In this document: positions 22,396-32,362 of the stretch, in pieces | How the letters are laid out: each line of letters opens with the position of its first letter | Numbering within the stretch: the stretch's first letter is position 1 | Assembly (NCBI GenBank): GCA_963662945.1 | Contig: OY759974.1 | Coordinates: 2,400,001 to 2,464,000 of the forward strand | Reading direction: 5' to 3' | DNA: 64,000 bases | Source: Arcobacteraceae bacterium | GTDB taxonomy: Bacteria > Campylobacterota > Campylobacteria > Campylobacterales > Arcobacteraceae | Notes under the pieces: generated by a model | Seen by the model: the letters and a program-made list of their open reading frames with translations, nothing else | The model's database searches: none | Told to the model about the DNA's origin: nothing | Translations under genes and position numbers: made by a program

Positions 22396-23586
22396 ATGAA
22401 GAAAAAAATTCTTATAGTTGGTGGTGGTACTGCTGGTACTATGACTGCAAATAATCTTGCAAAAAAATTGATGCCTGAAATTGATAGAGATGAAATAGAG
22501 ATTACAATGATTTCTAATTCAAAATATCACTATTATAGACCAGGTGCTATGTATGTTGCTTTTCATAAAGCTGAAGGACATGAGTTTGTTCGAGAACAAA
22601 GAACACTTTTAATGTCTGAAATTAACTTTGATGTAGAAGAAGCTACTGAAATTAATACAAATAATAATTTTGTAAAAACTAAAAGTGGTAAAAAATATGA
22701 TTATGATTTTTTAGTACTGGCAACAGGTTGTGAAGCTGCACCCCAAAGAATTCCTGGATTAAAAGAGGGAGGAGATTGGTTTTATACGTACGAAGGAGCT
22801 AGAAAACTTGCTGAAAAGTTTCAAAATATAAAAAGTGGAAAAGTATTAATTACGGTAAATTTCCCAAAAACACCAAATATTCCACATCAATGTGGTATTG
22901 CACCTGTTGAAACAACTATAATGCTTCATGATTATTTAACTGAAAAAGGGGTTAGAGATAATGTTGAAATAATTTATACATATCCAACAGAAGCACAAAG
23001 TGTAAAAAATGGATTATTTTTACAAGAACCAACTTCTAATGTTTTACCAGCTATTTTTGATGGAGTTGGTATAAAACATAAAACTGGTTTTACATTAAAT
23101 AAGGTTGATCCTCGAAATAAAGTAGCATATTCAGAAGAGGGTGAAGAGATTCAATTTGATATTTTAATGTCAACACCACCTTTTATAGCTACAAAACTTA
23201 TACGAGAATCTGGAATCTCAGAAGCTTTAGATGATGAAGGATGGCTTCCTACTGATAGAAAAACCTTAAAAGTAAAAGGTTTAAAGAATGTGTATACATT
23301 AGGTGATACTGTAGATTTACCCGTATCAAAAGCAGGTGGAACAATACATAACCAAACAGATATTGTTGCTGATAATATTGCTGCTGAGTTACGATATGGT
23401 TATCCAACAGAAAGTTATGATGGGCTTGTTATAGCTATAGCGCAAATGGGGCTATCTTGTGGTATGCCACTTTGGTATGATTATGAGGAAGATGTTCAAC
23501 CAACACCTTGTAGTAAGTTAGGTAGTTTTGTAAGAAAAGGTTTTAATAAAGGTATCTACTGGGCAGCTGCTCGTGGAATGGTATAG
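22396..23586 (+). CDS. FAD-dependent oxidoreductase, sulfide:quinone oxidoreductase (type III)-like
   Basis: GGGTAG FAD motif, LVLATG, C-G-I-A-P-V-E, GDTVDLPVSKAG; followed by a DUF1641-like gene. Confidence 0.75.
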   Translation: MKKKILIVGGGTAGTMTANNLAKKLMPEIDRDEIEITMISNSKYHYYRPGAMYVAFHKAEGHEFVREQRTLLMSEINFDVEEATEINTNNNFVKTKSGKKYDYDFLVLATGCEAAPQRIPGLKEGGDWFYTYEGARKLAEKFQNIKSGKVLITVNFPKTPNIPHQCGIAPVETTIMLHDYLTEKGVRDNVEIIYTYPTEAQSVKNGLFLQEPTSNVLPAIFDGVGIKHKTGFTLNKVDPRNKVAYSEEGEEIQFDILMSTPPFIATKLIRESGISEALDDEGWLPTDRKTLKVKGLKNVYTLGDTVDLPVSKAGGTIHNQTDIVADNIAAELRYGYPTESYDGLVIAIAQMGLSCGMPLWYDYEEDVQPTPCSKLGSFVRKGFNKGIYWAAARGMV

Positions 23587-23595
23587 GAGAAAATT

Positions 23596-23949
23596 ATGAG
23601 TGAAAAAGTAGAAGTTTTAAAAACTAAAGAGATGCAAGAGTTAGAAGCTAAAATGACAATGTTGGTTCAAACAGGACGAATAGATAATCTAATTGACCTT
23701 ATGGCAGTTGTATCAGATAACATAGAGATGACAACACAACCAATGGTTGAAAAAATGATTGGAACTGTAGATAATTTGGCAACAGCAGGATTTATAACAG
23801 AAAATGCGGTACGGTATGCAAAAAGAGAAACGGCAAAAAATCCAACACCTACACTGTTTGGTATATTAAAACTGATGAAAGATGAAGAAACAAGAAAAGG
23901 TCTTAGTTTTATGCTTAATCTTACAAAAGGAATTGGTAGACAGCTTTAA
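23596..23949 (+). CDS. DUF1641-like protein
   Basis: C-terminal PTLFGILKLMKDEETRKGLSFML..KGIG. Confidence 0.75.
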   Translation: MSEKVEVLKTKEMQELEAKMTMLVQTGRIDNLIDLMAVVSDNIEMTTQPMVEKMIGTVDNLATAGFITENAVRYAKRETAKNPTPTLFGILKLMKDEETRKGLSFMLNLTKGIGRQL

Positions 23950-24018
23950 ATTAAGTTAATGTTTTGTTAATAAATTCTTGATACTATATAATTATTTTAT
24001 TCAGTTAGGAGTGTAAAA

Positions 24019-24477
24019 ATGTGTAGTATAGAAAACAAACTTAGCACGTGTTTAAATGAAGATATAGGAAAACTTCTTTTACGATTAAGTGTAGCGGTTT
24101 TGATGTTGTTTCATGGTGTAAGTAAAGCAATTAATGGAATTGATGGAATTAAATTTTTAGTTGATAGAGCAGGTTTGCCAGAGTTTGTAGCTTATGGGGT
24201 ATATTTTGGTGAGATTGTTGTTCCTTTATTATTGATTTTTGGATTATATACTCGAATTAGTGCTTTAGTTTTTGTTATTAATATGGTGTTTGCAATTCTT
24301 TTAGCGCATAGTGCAGATTTATTTGCTTTAGGGAAAACTGGTGGACTTGTGATTGAATTGCCATTATTTTATCTTTTAGGTGCATTAGTTATCTTTTTTA
24401 TAGGTGCTGGAAAATACAGCTTGGATAATAAATTAAATGTTCAAATGAGTGAAAATAAGAAGGAAAATCTTGAATAA
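24019..24477 (+). CDS. DoxX-family membrane protein
   Basis: LLLRL...HG..K, GE...GLYTR and GAGKYSLD. Confidence 0.88.
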   Translation: MCSIENKLSTCLNEDIGKLLLRLSVAVLMLFHGVSKAINGIDGIKFLVDRAGLPEFVAYGVYFGEIVVPLLLIFGLYTRISALVFVINMVFAILLAHSADLFALGKTGGLVIELPLFYLLGALVIFFIGAGKYSLDNKLNVQMSENKKENLE

Positions 24478-24934
24478 AATAGTGAATAAACTGATTTTTT
24501 TATTTTTGATTTCAATTGTCTCTGTACAAGCAGAGACAATGTTTTTACTAACAAAAGTACCAAAAGTATATCTTGTAGTTGAAAACTATAGTAGTAAAGT
24601 TTCTATGGATGTTAAAAAAGAGATACTTGATGAGATGAAAACGGTTACTGATGAATTAAAAATAGATACTTCAGGATATTCACACAGAACACTTGGTTTT
24701 ATGCTTTATGATACAACTATCGATAATCACTTGACATTAAATATTGATTTAGTTTTAGGTGAAGAGGTGAAAAGATTAGATGATAATCAAGAGGTATATG
24801 CTTTAACTTATGAAAAACGAAAACAGATAAGTTTAGATAACAAAACAAAAGATGAAGTTCAAGAACAGTTACTTGATAATATATATTTACTTCTTACTGA
24901 GTTTACAGAACAATATAGAGGGGATAATATATGA
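24449..24934 (+). CDS. Hypothetical exported protein
   Basis: 161-aa ORF in an operon, with signal-peptide-like segment (LFLISIVSVQA). Confidence 0.6.
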   Translation: MKIRRKILNKIVNKLIFLFLISIVSVQAETMFLLTKVPKVYLVVENYSSKVSMDVKKEILDEMKTVTDELKIDTSGYSHRTLGFMLYDTTIDNHLTLNIDLVLGEEVKRLDDNQEVYALTYEKRKQISLDNKTKDEVQEQLLDNIYLLLTEFTEQYRGDNI

Positions 24935-25332
24935 AGTTCTTATTTTTAATTATGCTGTTGTTTTCTCAAATATTTGCAAAAAGTTATACTGAATTTGGCA
25001 AAGAATTTTCTTATGAGTTACACTATAAAGAAGCAGTAGAAAAAGCTAAAAAAGAGAAAAAAGATATAATGCTTCTGATGGTGTCGAACTTTTGTCCTTG
25101 GTGTCAAAAACTAGAAAAAGTTGTTTTATCAAAAGAAAAAATCAATACTCAAATTCATACAAAATATATCCCATTGATTTTAAATAAAGATGAGGGTAAC
25201 TATCCAAAGCAGTTTGAAACACCAATGGTTCCTACAGTATATTTTATAGATTATAAAACTGAACAAATCAAAACGAAAGTTATAGGATATAACAATAGAC
25301 AAGATATGATAAATACAATAAATAATCCATAA
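24931..25332 (+). CDS. Periplasmic thioredoxin-fold protein (SoxW-like)
   Basis: Signal peptide, CPWC and VPTVYFID. Confidence 0.8.
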   Translation: MKFLFLIMLLFSQIFAKSYTEFGKEFSYELHYKEAVEKAKKEKKDIMLLMVSNFCPWCQKLEKVVLSKEKINTQIHTKYIPLILNKDEGNYPKQFETPMVPTVYFIDYKTEQIKTKVIGYNNRQDMINTINNP

Positions 25333-25383
25333 TAATAAAACAACATACTTTTTGATATAATATCAAAAAATTATAGGTTAGTT

Positions 25384-26817
25384 ATGGAATATTTTGAAAT
25401 ATTTACACATGTAGTAGTCGTTATGAGTTTAGGTTGGTATATGATTACCAACCTTCAATGGTACAATTATAAACTTCAAAGAGTTATACTTAAACATCAC
25501 AAACAACAATGGCATATAGTATATTTTGCAACACCATTTGTTCTTTTTTATCTTTTACCTTTTTTATATTTTAGTATCTATTTTTATCTTTTATATCTTA
25601 CTAGTTTTGTAATGTGGAATAGAAATTTAGATAGACCACTTGTATTAACTCATAGAGTAAAAAGATTTTTAGGAATACTACTTTTTACTACATTTGCTAT
25701 AGATGCTCTTGTAATGGCTAGTACAACTAACTTTTATGGATTATTTTTACCTTTATTTTTGACATACGTTATCACTACTATTTTAGAAAAAATATTTTTT
25801 ATTGCATATAAGCAAAAAGCAAAAGGGCGACTTCATACAATTATGGGGCTTCAAACTATTGCTATTACAGCATCTTATGGAAAAACATCTATTAAAAATT
25901 ATTTGTATCAAGTATTAGATAAAAAATTCAATGTCTATATGACTCCACGAAGTGTCAATACAATGGCAGGAATTATGAAAGATGTAAATGATGATTTACC
26001 ATTAGATACACAAATCTATATTGCAGAAGCGGGAGCTAGAGAAACTGGTGATATAGAAGAGATAGTAAATTTCCTAGAACCACAGTATGCTATTATAGGA
26101 AGTGTTGGAGAGCAACATATTGAATATTTTAAAACCTTAGATAATATTATCCATACTAAAATGGAGATATTAAAATCTCCAAAACTAGTACATGGTTTTG
26201 TGCATGATAGTGTGCCTATTTTACAATATGACACTATCACAAAATATCCAAACAATTTAAACATCACACGAAGTGACTTAAATGGTATTTGGTTTGATAT
26301 AAACCTTGATGGAACAACAGAACATTTTCACGCTCCAGTTCTTGGAAGTTTTAATGCTATAAATCTAACATCAGTAATACTAATGGCAAAAAAACTTGGT
26401 ATGAGTGTAGATGATATTAAAGTAGCATTGCATAACTTAAAGCCAGTAGAACACAGACTTCATCTTAGCCGTGCAGGTGGTAAACTTATCCTTGATGATA
26501 GTTTTAATGGAAATCTTGAAGGGATGTTGGAAGCTATTCAAATAGCTTCAACACATGAGGGTAGAAAAGTTATCGTAACACCTGGTTTAGTTGAATCAAA
26601 TATGGAATCAAATGTAGAGTTAGCTCATGCTATTGAGAAAATTTTTGATTTAGTGATTATAACAGGGAGTTTAAATGCAAAACTTTTTGATAAAGTGATT
26701 AAACACACAAAACCAATTATTCTTGAAGATAAATCAAAGTTGCAAGAAGTTTTAGCAAAAGAGACACATATTGGTGATCTTATACTTTTTGCAAATGATG
26801 CACCAAACTTTATATAG
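25384..26817 (+). CDS. murF: Mur ligase (MurF-like, membrane-anchored Campylobacterota type)
   Basis: N-terminal TMs (TNLQWYNYK), ITASYGKTS, TPRSVNT, DDSFNGN and VTPGLVE. Confidence 0.82.
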   Translation: MEYFEIFTHVVVVMSLGWYMITNLQWYNYKLQRVILKHHKQQWHIVYFATPFVLFYLLPFLYFSIYFYLLYLTSFVMWNRNLDRPLVLTHRVKRFLGILLFTTFAIDALVMASTTNFYGLFLPLFLTYVITTILEKIFFIAYKQKAKGRLHTIMGLQTIAITASYGKTSIKNYLYQVLDKKFNVYMTPRSVNTMAGIMKDVNDDLPLDTQIYIAEAGARETGDIEEIVNFLEPQYAIIGSVGEQHIEYFKTLDNIIHTKMEILKSPKLVHGFVHDSVPILQYDTITKYPNNLNITRSDLNGIWFDINLDGTTEHFHAPVLGSFNAINLTSVILMAKKLGMSVDDIKVALHNLKPVEHRLHLSRAGGKLILDDSFNGNLEGMLEAIQIASTHEGRKVIVTPGLVESNMESNVELAHAIEKIFDLVIITGSLNAKLFDKVIKHTKPIILEDKSKLQEVLAKETHIGDLILFANDAPNFI

Positions 26818-26821
26818 GAGA

Positions 26822-26845
26822 AGACTATAAACTAGTTTATAGTCT
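26822..26845. terminator. Palindrome between convergent murF and metE (probable terminator)
   Basis: Perfect 24-bp palindrome AGACTATAAACTAGTTTATAGTCT. Confidence 0.6.
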
Positions 26846-26856
26846 CCCTTTATCTT

Positions 26857-29172
26857 TTATTGTAACTCTTCTCTTACAATCTTTACAGCTTTCACCATAT
26901 TTTCTAAACTTGGTTTTACCTCTTCCCATTTTCTTGTTTTTAGTCCACAATCTGGATTTATCCATAATTGTTCTTTTGGTAATACTTCAAGAAGTAGTTT
27001 AATTTGTTTTACAATTTCATCTACACTTGGAACTCTTGGACTATGGATATCATAAACACCTGGTCCAACTTCTTGTTTGTAACCAACCTCTTTAAATACT
27101 TTTAGAAGTTCATTTCCACTTCGTGCTGTTTCTATAGAAATAACATCAGCATCCATAGCTTCTATAGTTTTTATAATATCATTAAACTCACTATAACACA
27201 TATGTGTATGTATCTGTGTCTCTTTATTGGCACTACTTACAGAGATTTTAAAATCTCTAACAGCCCAATCTTCATAGATTTTAATTTTTTGAGTTCTTAA
27301 TGGATAGCCTTCTTTAAATGCTGCTTCATCTACTTGAATGATTTTAATACCAGCTTTTTGTAAGTCATCAATCTCATCACTTAAAGCAACTGCAATTTGT
27401 TTTGATACTTCATCTCTTGGTTTATCATCTCTTACAAAAGACCAGTTTAGAATAGTAACAGGACCTGTTAACATCCCTTTCATGATTCTTTGTGTTTTAC
27501 TTTGTGCATAAGTTATCCAATCTACAGTCATAGGTTTTGGTCTGCTAATATCTCCATAGATAAAAGGTGGTTTTACACATCTACTTCCATAGCTTTGTAC
27601 CCAACCATTTTGACTAAAACCATATCCATCTAGTTGTTCACCAAAGTATTCAACCATATCATTTCTTTCAGGTTCTCCATGAACTAATATCTCTAAATCA
27701 CATTTTTCTTGAAACTCAACACAATCATCAATATAGAGTTTCATTTGTTTTTCATACTCTTCTTGTGTAATTTGTTTGTTTTTGAAATCTTTTCTAGCTT
27801 TTCTTACTTCTTGTGTTTGCGGAAATGAACCTATGGTAGTTGTTGCTAAATCTTCATATTTTAAAATCTCTTTTTGGATTTTGATTCTCTCTTCATATAT
27901 ACCATCTCTTTGAAGTTTTGTATGGTTTTCAACTCTTGTTTGAACCTCTTTATTATGGATACGCAAAGAAGTTTTTCTACTGTGATTCGCTTTTTTATTT
28001 TCTTCATATTCTATTTTTTCATCTGAATTTAATCTCTCGATACCATCAAAAAATATTTTTGATACAAGGGAAATCTCATCAAGTTTTTCGTATGCATAAC
28101 TTAACCAGTTTTTGATTTCTAAATCCATCTTTTCTTCATATTGTAAAGTAAAAGGTGTATGTAAAAGGCTACAAGATGAACTGATGATGATATTGTTTTT
28201 ATCTACAGACTTAGCAATTTTCTCTAAAAGCTTCACTGTTTGTTCAATATCATTTTTCCAGATATTTCTTCCATCAACAACACCAGCTATGAGTTTTTTA
28301 TCACTAGAAGCAACTGTCTGCAGTGATTCTAGATTTTCAACTCCATATAAAAAGTCTAAACCAATTCCCCAAATAGGTGTATTTACCAATACTTTTGTAG
28401 CTTCATTTGAGTGTTCAAAATATGTTGTTACTATGATTTTGATATTTTGACTTACAGTTGCTAATCTATCATATGTAAGTTTTATAAGACTTAACACTTT
28501 TGGTTCATTATCTTTTACAAAGATTGGTTCATCAATTTGTAGTGTGATATTCTCATCAAGTTGTGAAATCTCTTCTAATAACTCTTCATAAATAGGTAAA
28601 ATTTTATTTAAAAGCTCAAAAGTATCTCCTCTATCAATTCGTTTTGAAAGTGCTAAAAATGTAATAGGACCTATAATATTGATTTTTGTTTTTATCCCTT
28701 GATTTTTTGCCTCTTTATATTCTTCAATTATTTTTTTACTATTAAGTTTATATTGATCTTCTTTTGATAACTCAGGTACTATATAATGATAGTTTGTATT
28801 AAACCATTTTGTCATCTCCATAGCTACATTTGACTTATCTCCTCTTGCCATAGAAAAATACAATTCCTCATCACACAGATGTTGAAATCTTTTAGGGATA
28901 GCACCTAACATAACGATAGTATCAAGCATATTGTCATACAGACTAAAGTCATTTGAACTAATATATTCTATTCCAGCATTTTTTTGGTATTCCCAATGTC
29001 TTTTTTTGAGTTCACTTGCAACTCTTTTTACCTCTTCAAATGAACATTTTTTTGCCCAAAAACTTTCTAATACTTGTTTTAACTCTCTTTGTTCTCCAAT
29101 TCTTGGAAATCCTACGATGTAATTTTTTCGAGGAAAAATTTCTTCGAAACCGCTATTCACTTTTTTTGACAT
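26857..29172 (-). CDS. metE: Cobalamin-independent methionine synthase
   Basis: GFPRIG, EMTKWFNTNYHY, HGEPERNDMVEYF, HTHMCY and WINPDCGLKTR. Confidence 0.97.
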   Translation of the reverse strand: MSKKVNSGFEEIFPRKNYIVGFPRIGEQRELKQVLESFWAKKCSFEEVKRVASELKKRHWEYQKNAGIEYISSNDFSLYDNMLDTIVMLGAIPKRFQHLCDEELYFSMARGDKSNVAMEMTKWFNTNYHYIVPELSKEDQYKLNSKKIIEEYKEAKNQGIKTKINIIGPITFLALSKRIDRGDTFELLNKILPIYEELLEEISQLDENITLQIDEPIFVKDNEPKVLSLIKLTYDRLATVSQNIKIIVTTYFEHSNEATKVLVNTPIWGIGLDFLYGVENLESLQTVASSDKKLIAGVVDGRNIWKNDIEQTVKLLEKIAKSVDKNNIIISSSCSLLHTPFTLQYEEKMDLEIKNWLSYAYEKLDEISLVSKIFFDGIERLNSDEKIEYEENKKANHSRKTSLRIHNKEVQTRVENHTKLQRDGIYEERIKIQKEILKYEDLATTTIGSFPQTQEVRKARKDFKNKQITQEEYEKQMKLYIDDCVEFQEKCDLEILVHGEPERNDMVEYFGEQLDGYGFSQNGWVQSYGSRCVKPPFIYGDISRPKPMTVDWITYAQSKTQRIMKGMLTGPVTILNWSFVRDDKPRDEVSKQIAVALSDEIDDLQKAGIKIIQVDEAAFKEGYPLRTQKIKIYEDWAVRDFKISVSSANKETQIHTHMCYSEFNDIIKTIEAMDADVISIETARSGNELLKVFKEVGYKQEVGPGVYDIHSPRVPSVDEIVKQIKLLLEVLPKEQLWINPDCGLKTRKWEEVKPSLENMVKAVKIVREELQ

Positions 29173-29232
29173 TACTAATCCTTTAGTTTTATTATTGTTA
29201 TTATTGTTTTGAAATGATTTTATTTGTTTGAA

Positions 29233-29574
29233 TTAAAGTTGTAGTAGAGGTGGATGAACACCAGTTCTTCTAAATGCGAAGTAAGTTGTATAGTATGGAC
29301 ATCTTGGGATATAGTGATAACTAAGAAGTGCAAGTCTTGTTTTAAGTTTGTAAAAACAATTACAATGACAAGGTTTATTTTTTAGAGTAGAAGTGACTAA
29401 TAAAAGCTCACAAGGTGGTTCTTCCTCTTCCAACTCTTTTTCTTCTTGAGATATGTTTTTATGAAGTAGAGAAAATAGAGATGATACTTGACTTTGTAGT
29501 TTTTGTTCTACAGATGATGCAAGTATGGCACTTAGTGTAAAGTAGTTTTTCCCAAAACCTTTTAATAACTTCAT
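29233..29574 (-). CDS. Cys-rich small protein upstream of metE, candidate regulatory leader
   Basis: 113 aa with an acidic patch, CHCNC and C-terminal RRTGVHPPLLQL. Co-oriented, ending 60 bp before metE. Confidence 0.6.
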   Translation of the reverse strand: MKLLKGFGKNYFTLSAILASSVEQKLQSQVSSLFSLLHKNISQEEKELEEEEPPCELLLVTSTLKNKPCHCNCFYKLKTRLALLSYHYIPRCPYYTTYFAFRRTGVHPPLLQL

Positions 29575-29625
29575 TTCTCTATTTTTCCTTTGATTTTTGG
29601 AATTTTATTCCTTTTATCCTTAAAT

Positions 29626-29808
29626 TTATTTAAGAGGATTGAGCTTTTGTTTAACTTTCTTTGGTATTTGTGCCATTTTTAAAGTAGTTTTTTTGATAAA
29701 ATTATCATTTTTATCAAATTGGTTTACTTCTAAAGAGTTATTTTTTTTATCAAAAGAGATAGCTTTATAGATAAAGCCATTCTCTTCAAATACAATATTT
29801 TTCAACAC
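29626..29808 (-). CDS. Small hypothetical protein downstream of topA
   Basis: 60-aa ORF whose GTG start overlaps the topA stop; ends KKVKQKLNPLK. Confidence 0.6.
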   Translation of the reverse strand: MLKNIVFEENGFIYKAISFDKKNNSLEVNQFDKNDNFIKKTTLKMAQIPKKVKQKLNPLK

Positions 29809-32192
29809 TATTTTGTTTCTGTTTTCTTTTTAGTTGTAGTTGTTTTTTTTGCCGTAGTTTTTTTTGCAGGCACTTTTTTTGTTGTTGTTTTGCTTGCAGT
29901 TTTCTTTGCAGGTGCTTTTCGTCCACCTTTAGTTGGTTGATTTTTGATAATCTCTTGTATCTCTTTAAAATTTAAAGCTTTGATATCTTGTTCATCAAGC
30001 TCTTTAGGAAGTTTGTAGTTCTTTTTCTTTGATTTGATATAAGGACCATATCTTCCCACAAGTATTTGAGTATCTTCTTCTGGAAAGTCTTTAATTAAAG
30101 ATTTTGCTTTTGCTTCTTGAAGTTCTTTGATTACCTCTAATGCTCTTGAGTGTGTTATGGTATATGGATCATCTTCTTTTAAACTAAAAAATTCACTTTT
30201 TACTTGTAAATATGGACCAAATCTTCCAATATTTACTTTTATCTCATTCCCATTTTCATCATTTCCCAAAGCTTTAGGAAGTGTTAATAATGTTTGTGCT
30301 TCTTCAAGTGTAATACTATTTACACTTATATTTGCAGGAATTGAAGCTATTTTTGGTTTTTCTTCATCTTCTTTGTCACCTAGTTGGACATAAGGACCAT
30401 ATTGACCAACTCGTGCAGTTACAGGTTTTCCTGTTTTTTCATCAATACCAAGTTCTCGAATATCTGAAAATTTAGCACGAGGAGCATTTTCCTCTTTATC
30501 TTCAATATTTTTTACAAAAGGTTGATAAAACTCTTTCATAACATCTTCCCAAGCTATTTTACCTTCAGCTATTTGGTCAAATTCTTCTTCAATATGAGCA
30601 GTAAAACCTAAATCAACAATATGTTCAAAATGTTCCACTAAAAAGTCATTTACCACTGTACCTATCAAAGTAGGTGCAAGTTTTTTATCTTCTGTTTTGA
30701 TGATATATTCTCTTGCTTGTATAGTAGCAATTGTTGGTGCATACGTAGAAGGTCTTCCAATTCCCTCAGCTTCCATTTTCTTAACTAAACTAGCTTCTGT
30801 ATATCTTGCAGGTGGTTTTGTGAAGTTTTGTTCACAAGTTAAACTTTCAAGATTTAACACAGTTCCTTTTTTGACTGTTGGAAGGATTACATCTTGATTA
30901 TCTAAAGCTGCTTCTGGATCATCACTTCCTTCTGTATAAGCTTTCATAAATCCAGCAAATACTATTCTTGTTCCTTTAGCTTGAAATTCATATTCTTTAT
31001 TTTTTCCAGCACTGATTTTATACGTTGTATTTGCTACAACAGCTTGTGCCATTTGTGTTGCTATAGTTCTTTTCCAAATAAGACTATAAAGTCTATATTG
31101 GGCATTATCAAGATAAGGTCTTACATCACTTGGTTTTAAAGCAAGATTTACAGGTCTGATTGCTTCGTGAGCTTCTTGTGCACCTTTTGCTTTGCTTTTG
31201 TAGTGTCGTGGGCTTCCTAGTGCATACTCTTTTCCATATTCACTTGAAATCACCTCTTTTGCCATAGATGTAGCAAATGTCGAAAGATTAACACTATCTG
31301 TTCTCATATACGTAATAAGACCACCAGTATGTCCTGGAACATTTACGCTACCTTCATAAAGCTGTTGAGCCACTATCATAGTTTGTTTTACACCAAAACC
31401 AGCTTTTCTACTTGCTTCTTGTTGCAATGTTGAAGTTGTAAAAGGAGGAGCAGGGTTTCTTTTGCTTTCTTTTTCTTCTATATCTTCTAGGATATATTGT
31501 CCTTGTTTACAACTATTTTCTACAACTCTTGCTTCTGCTTCATTATTTACTTTTGCTGTTTTACCATCAATTTTTGCTAATTCTGCTCTAAATTCTGGAG
31601 TATTAAATTCTGTTTTTATTTTCCAAAATTCAACAGGGATGAAAGCTTCAATCTCTCTTTCTCTATCAACAATAATTCTAACTGCAACACTTTGAACTCT
31701 TCCAGCACTTAATCCGTATCGTACTTTTTTCCATAATAGAGGAGAAAGTTTGTATCCAACTGCTCTATCTAAAATTCTTCTTGCTTGTTGTGCATCTACA
31801 AGATGTTGATCCACATCTCTTGGGTTTTCTAGTGCTTCAAGAATTGCATTTTTTGTAATTTCGTGAAAAACGATTCTTTTTATTGGATTTTTTTGTATTT
31901 TAAGTGCTGGGATAAGATGCCATGCAATAGCTTCTCCCTCTCTATCCTCATCGGCCGCGAGGTAGATAACTGTATCTTTTGTGATCTGTTTCTTTAAGTC
32001 GGCAATAACTTTAGTTTTATCTCTTGAAATCATATATTGCGGTTCAAAATTATTCTCTGGATCAAATCCAAGTTTTGATTTAGGTAAGTCTCTAACATGC
32101 CCCATAGAAGCCATAACTTTATAGTCATTTCCTAAGAATTTTGAGATTGTCCGTGCTTTTGCAGGTGACTCCACGATCACTAAGTTTTTCAT
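29808..32192 (-). CDS. topA: DNA topoisomerase I
   Basis: LVIVESPAKA, DEDREGEAI, SAGRVQS, ITYMRTDS, AHEAIRP and GIGRPSTY. Confidence 0.96.
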   Translation of the reverse strand: MKNLVIVESPAKARTISKFLGNDYKVMASMGHVRDLPKSKLGFDPENNFEPQYMISRDKTKVIADLKKQITKDTVIYLAADEDREGEAIAWHLIPALKIQKNPIKRIVFHEITKNAILEALENPRDVDQHLVDAQQARRILDRAVGYKLSPLLWKKVRYGLSAGRVQSVAVRIIVDREREIEAFIPVEFWKIKTEFNTPEFRAELAKIDGKTAKVNNEAEARVVENSCKQGQYILEDIEEKESKRNPAPPFTTSTLQQEASRKAGFGVKQTMIVAQQLYEGSVNVPGHTGGLITYMRTDSVNLSTFATSMAKEVISSEYGKEYALGSPRHYKSKAKGAQEAHEAIRPVNLALKPSDVRPYLDNAQYRLYSLIWKRTIATQMAQAVVANTTYKISAGKNKEYEFQAKGTRIVFAGFMKAYTEGSDDPEAALDNQDVILPTVKKGTVLNLESLTCEQNFTKPPARYTEASLVKKMEAEGIGRPSTYAPTIATIQAREYIIKTEDKKLAPTLIGTVVNDFLVEHFEHIVDLGFTAHIEEEFDQIAEGKIAWEDVMKEFYQPFVKNIEDKEENAPRAKFSDIRELGIDEKTGKPVTARVGQYGPYVQLGDKEDEEKPKIASIPANISVNSITLEEAQTLLTLPKALGNDENGNEIKVNIGRFGPYLQVKSEFFSLKEDDPYTITHSRALEVIKELQEAKAKSLIKDFPEEDTQILVGRYGPYIKSKKKNYKLPKELDEQDIKALNFKEIQEIIKNQPTKGGRKAPAKKTASKTTTKKVPAKKTTAKKTTTTKKKTETK

Positions 32193-32362
32193 TGATTGCC
32201 TTTTGTTGCAACTCTATATTATTATGTTGCAATAAATTTTGTGAAGCGAATAGTAACATAAAAATATTTAATAGAAATTAATCCATCAAAATAATCCCTT
32301 TTAGTGTCTATTTACTAAAGATTAGATATAATTGCCTAAAATTACACAACATAGGATTAAAA

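Noticed and set aside
29173-29625. SAM or cobalamin riboswitch upstream of metE
   Set aside because: No conserved riboswitch core recognised, and the region is occupied by an ORF. An Rfam/Infernal scan would be decisive.
32204-32233. TGTTGCAA repeated at 21-bp spacing upstream of topA
   Set aside because: Too short to support a call in AT-rich DNA without comparative data.
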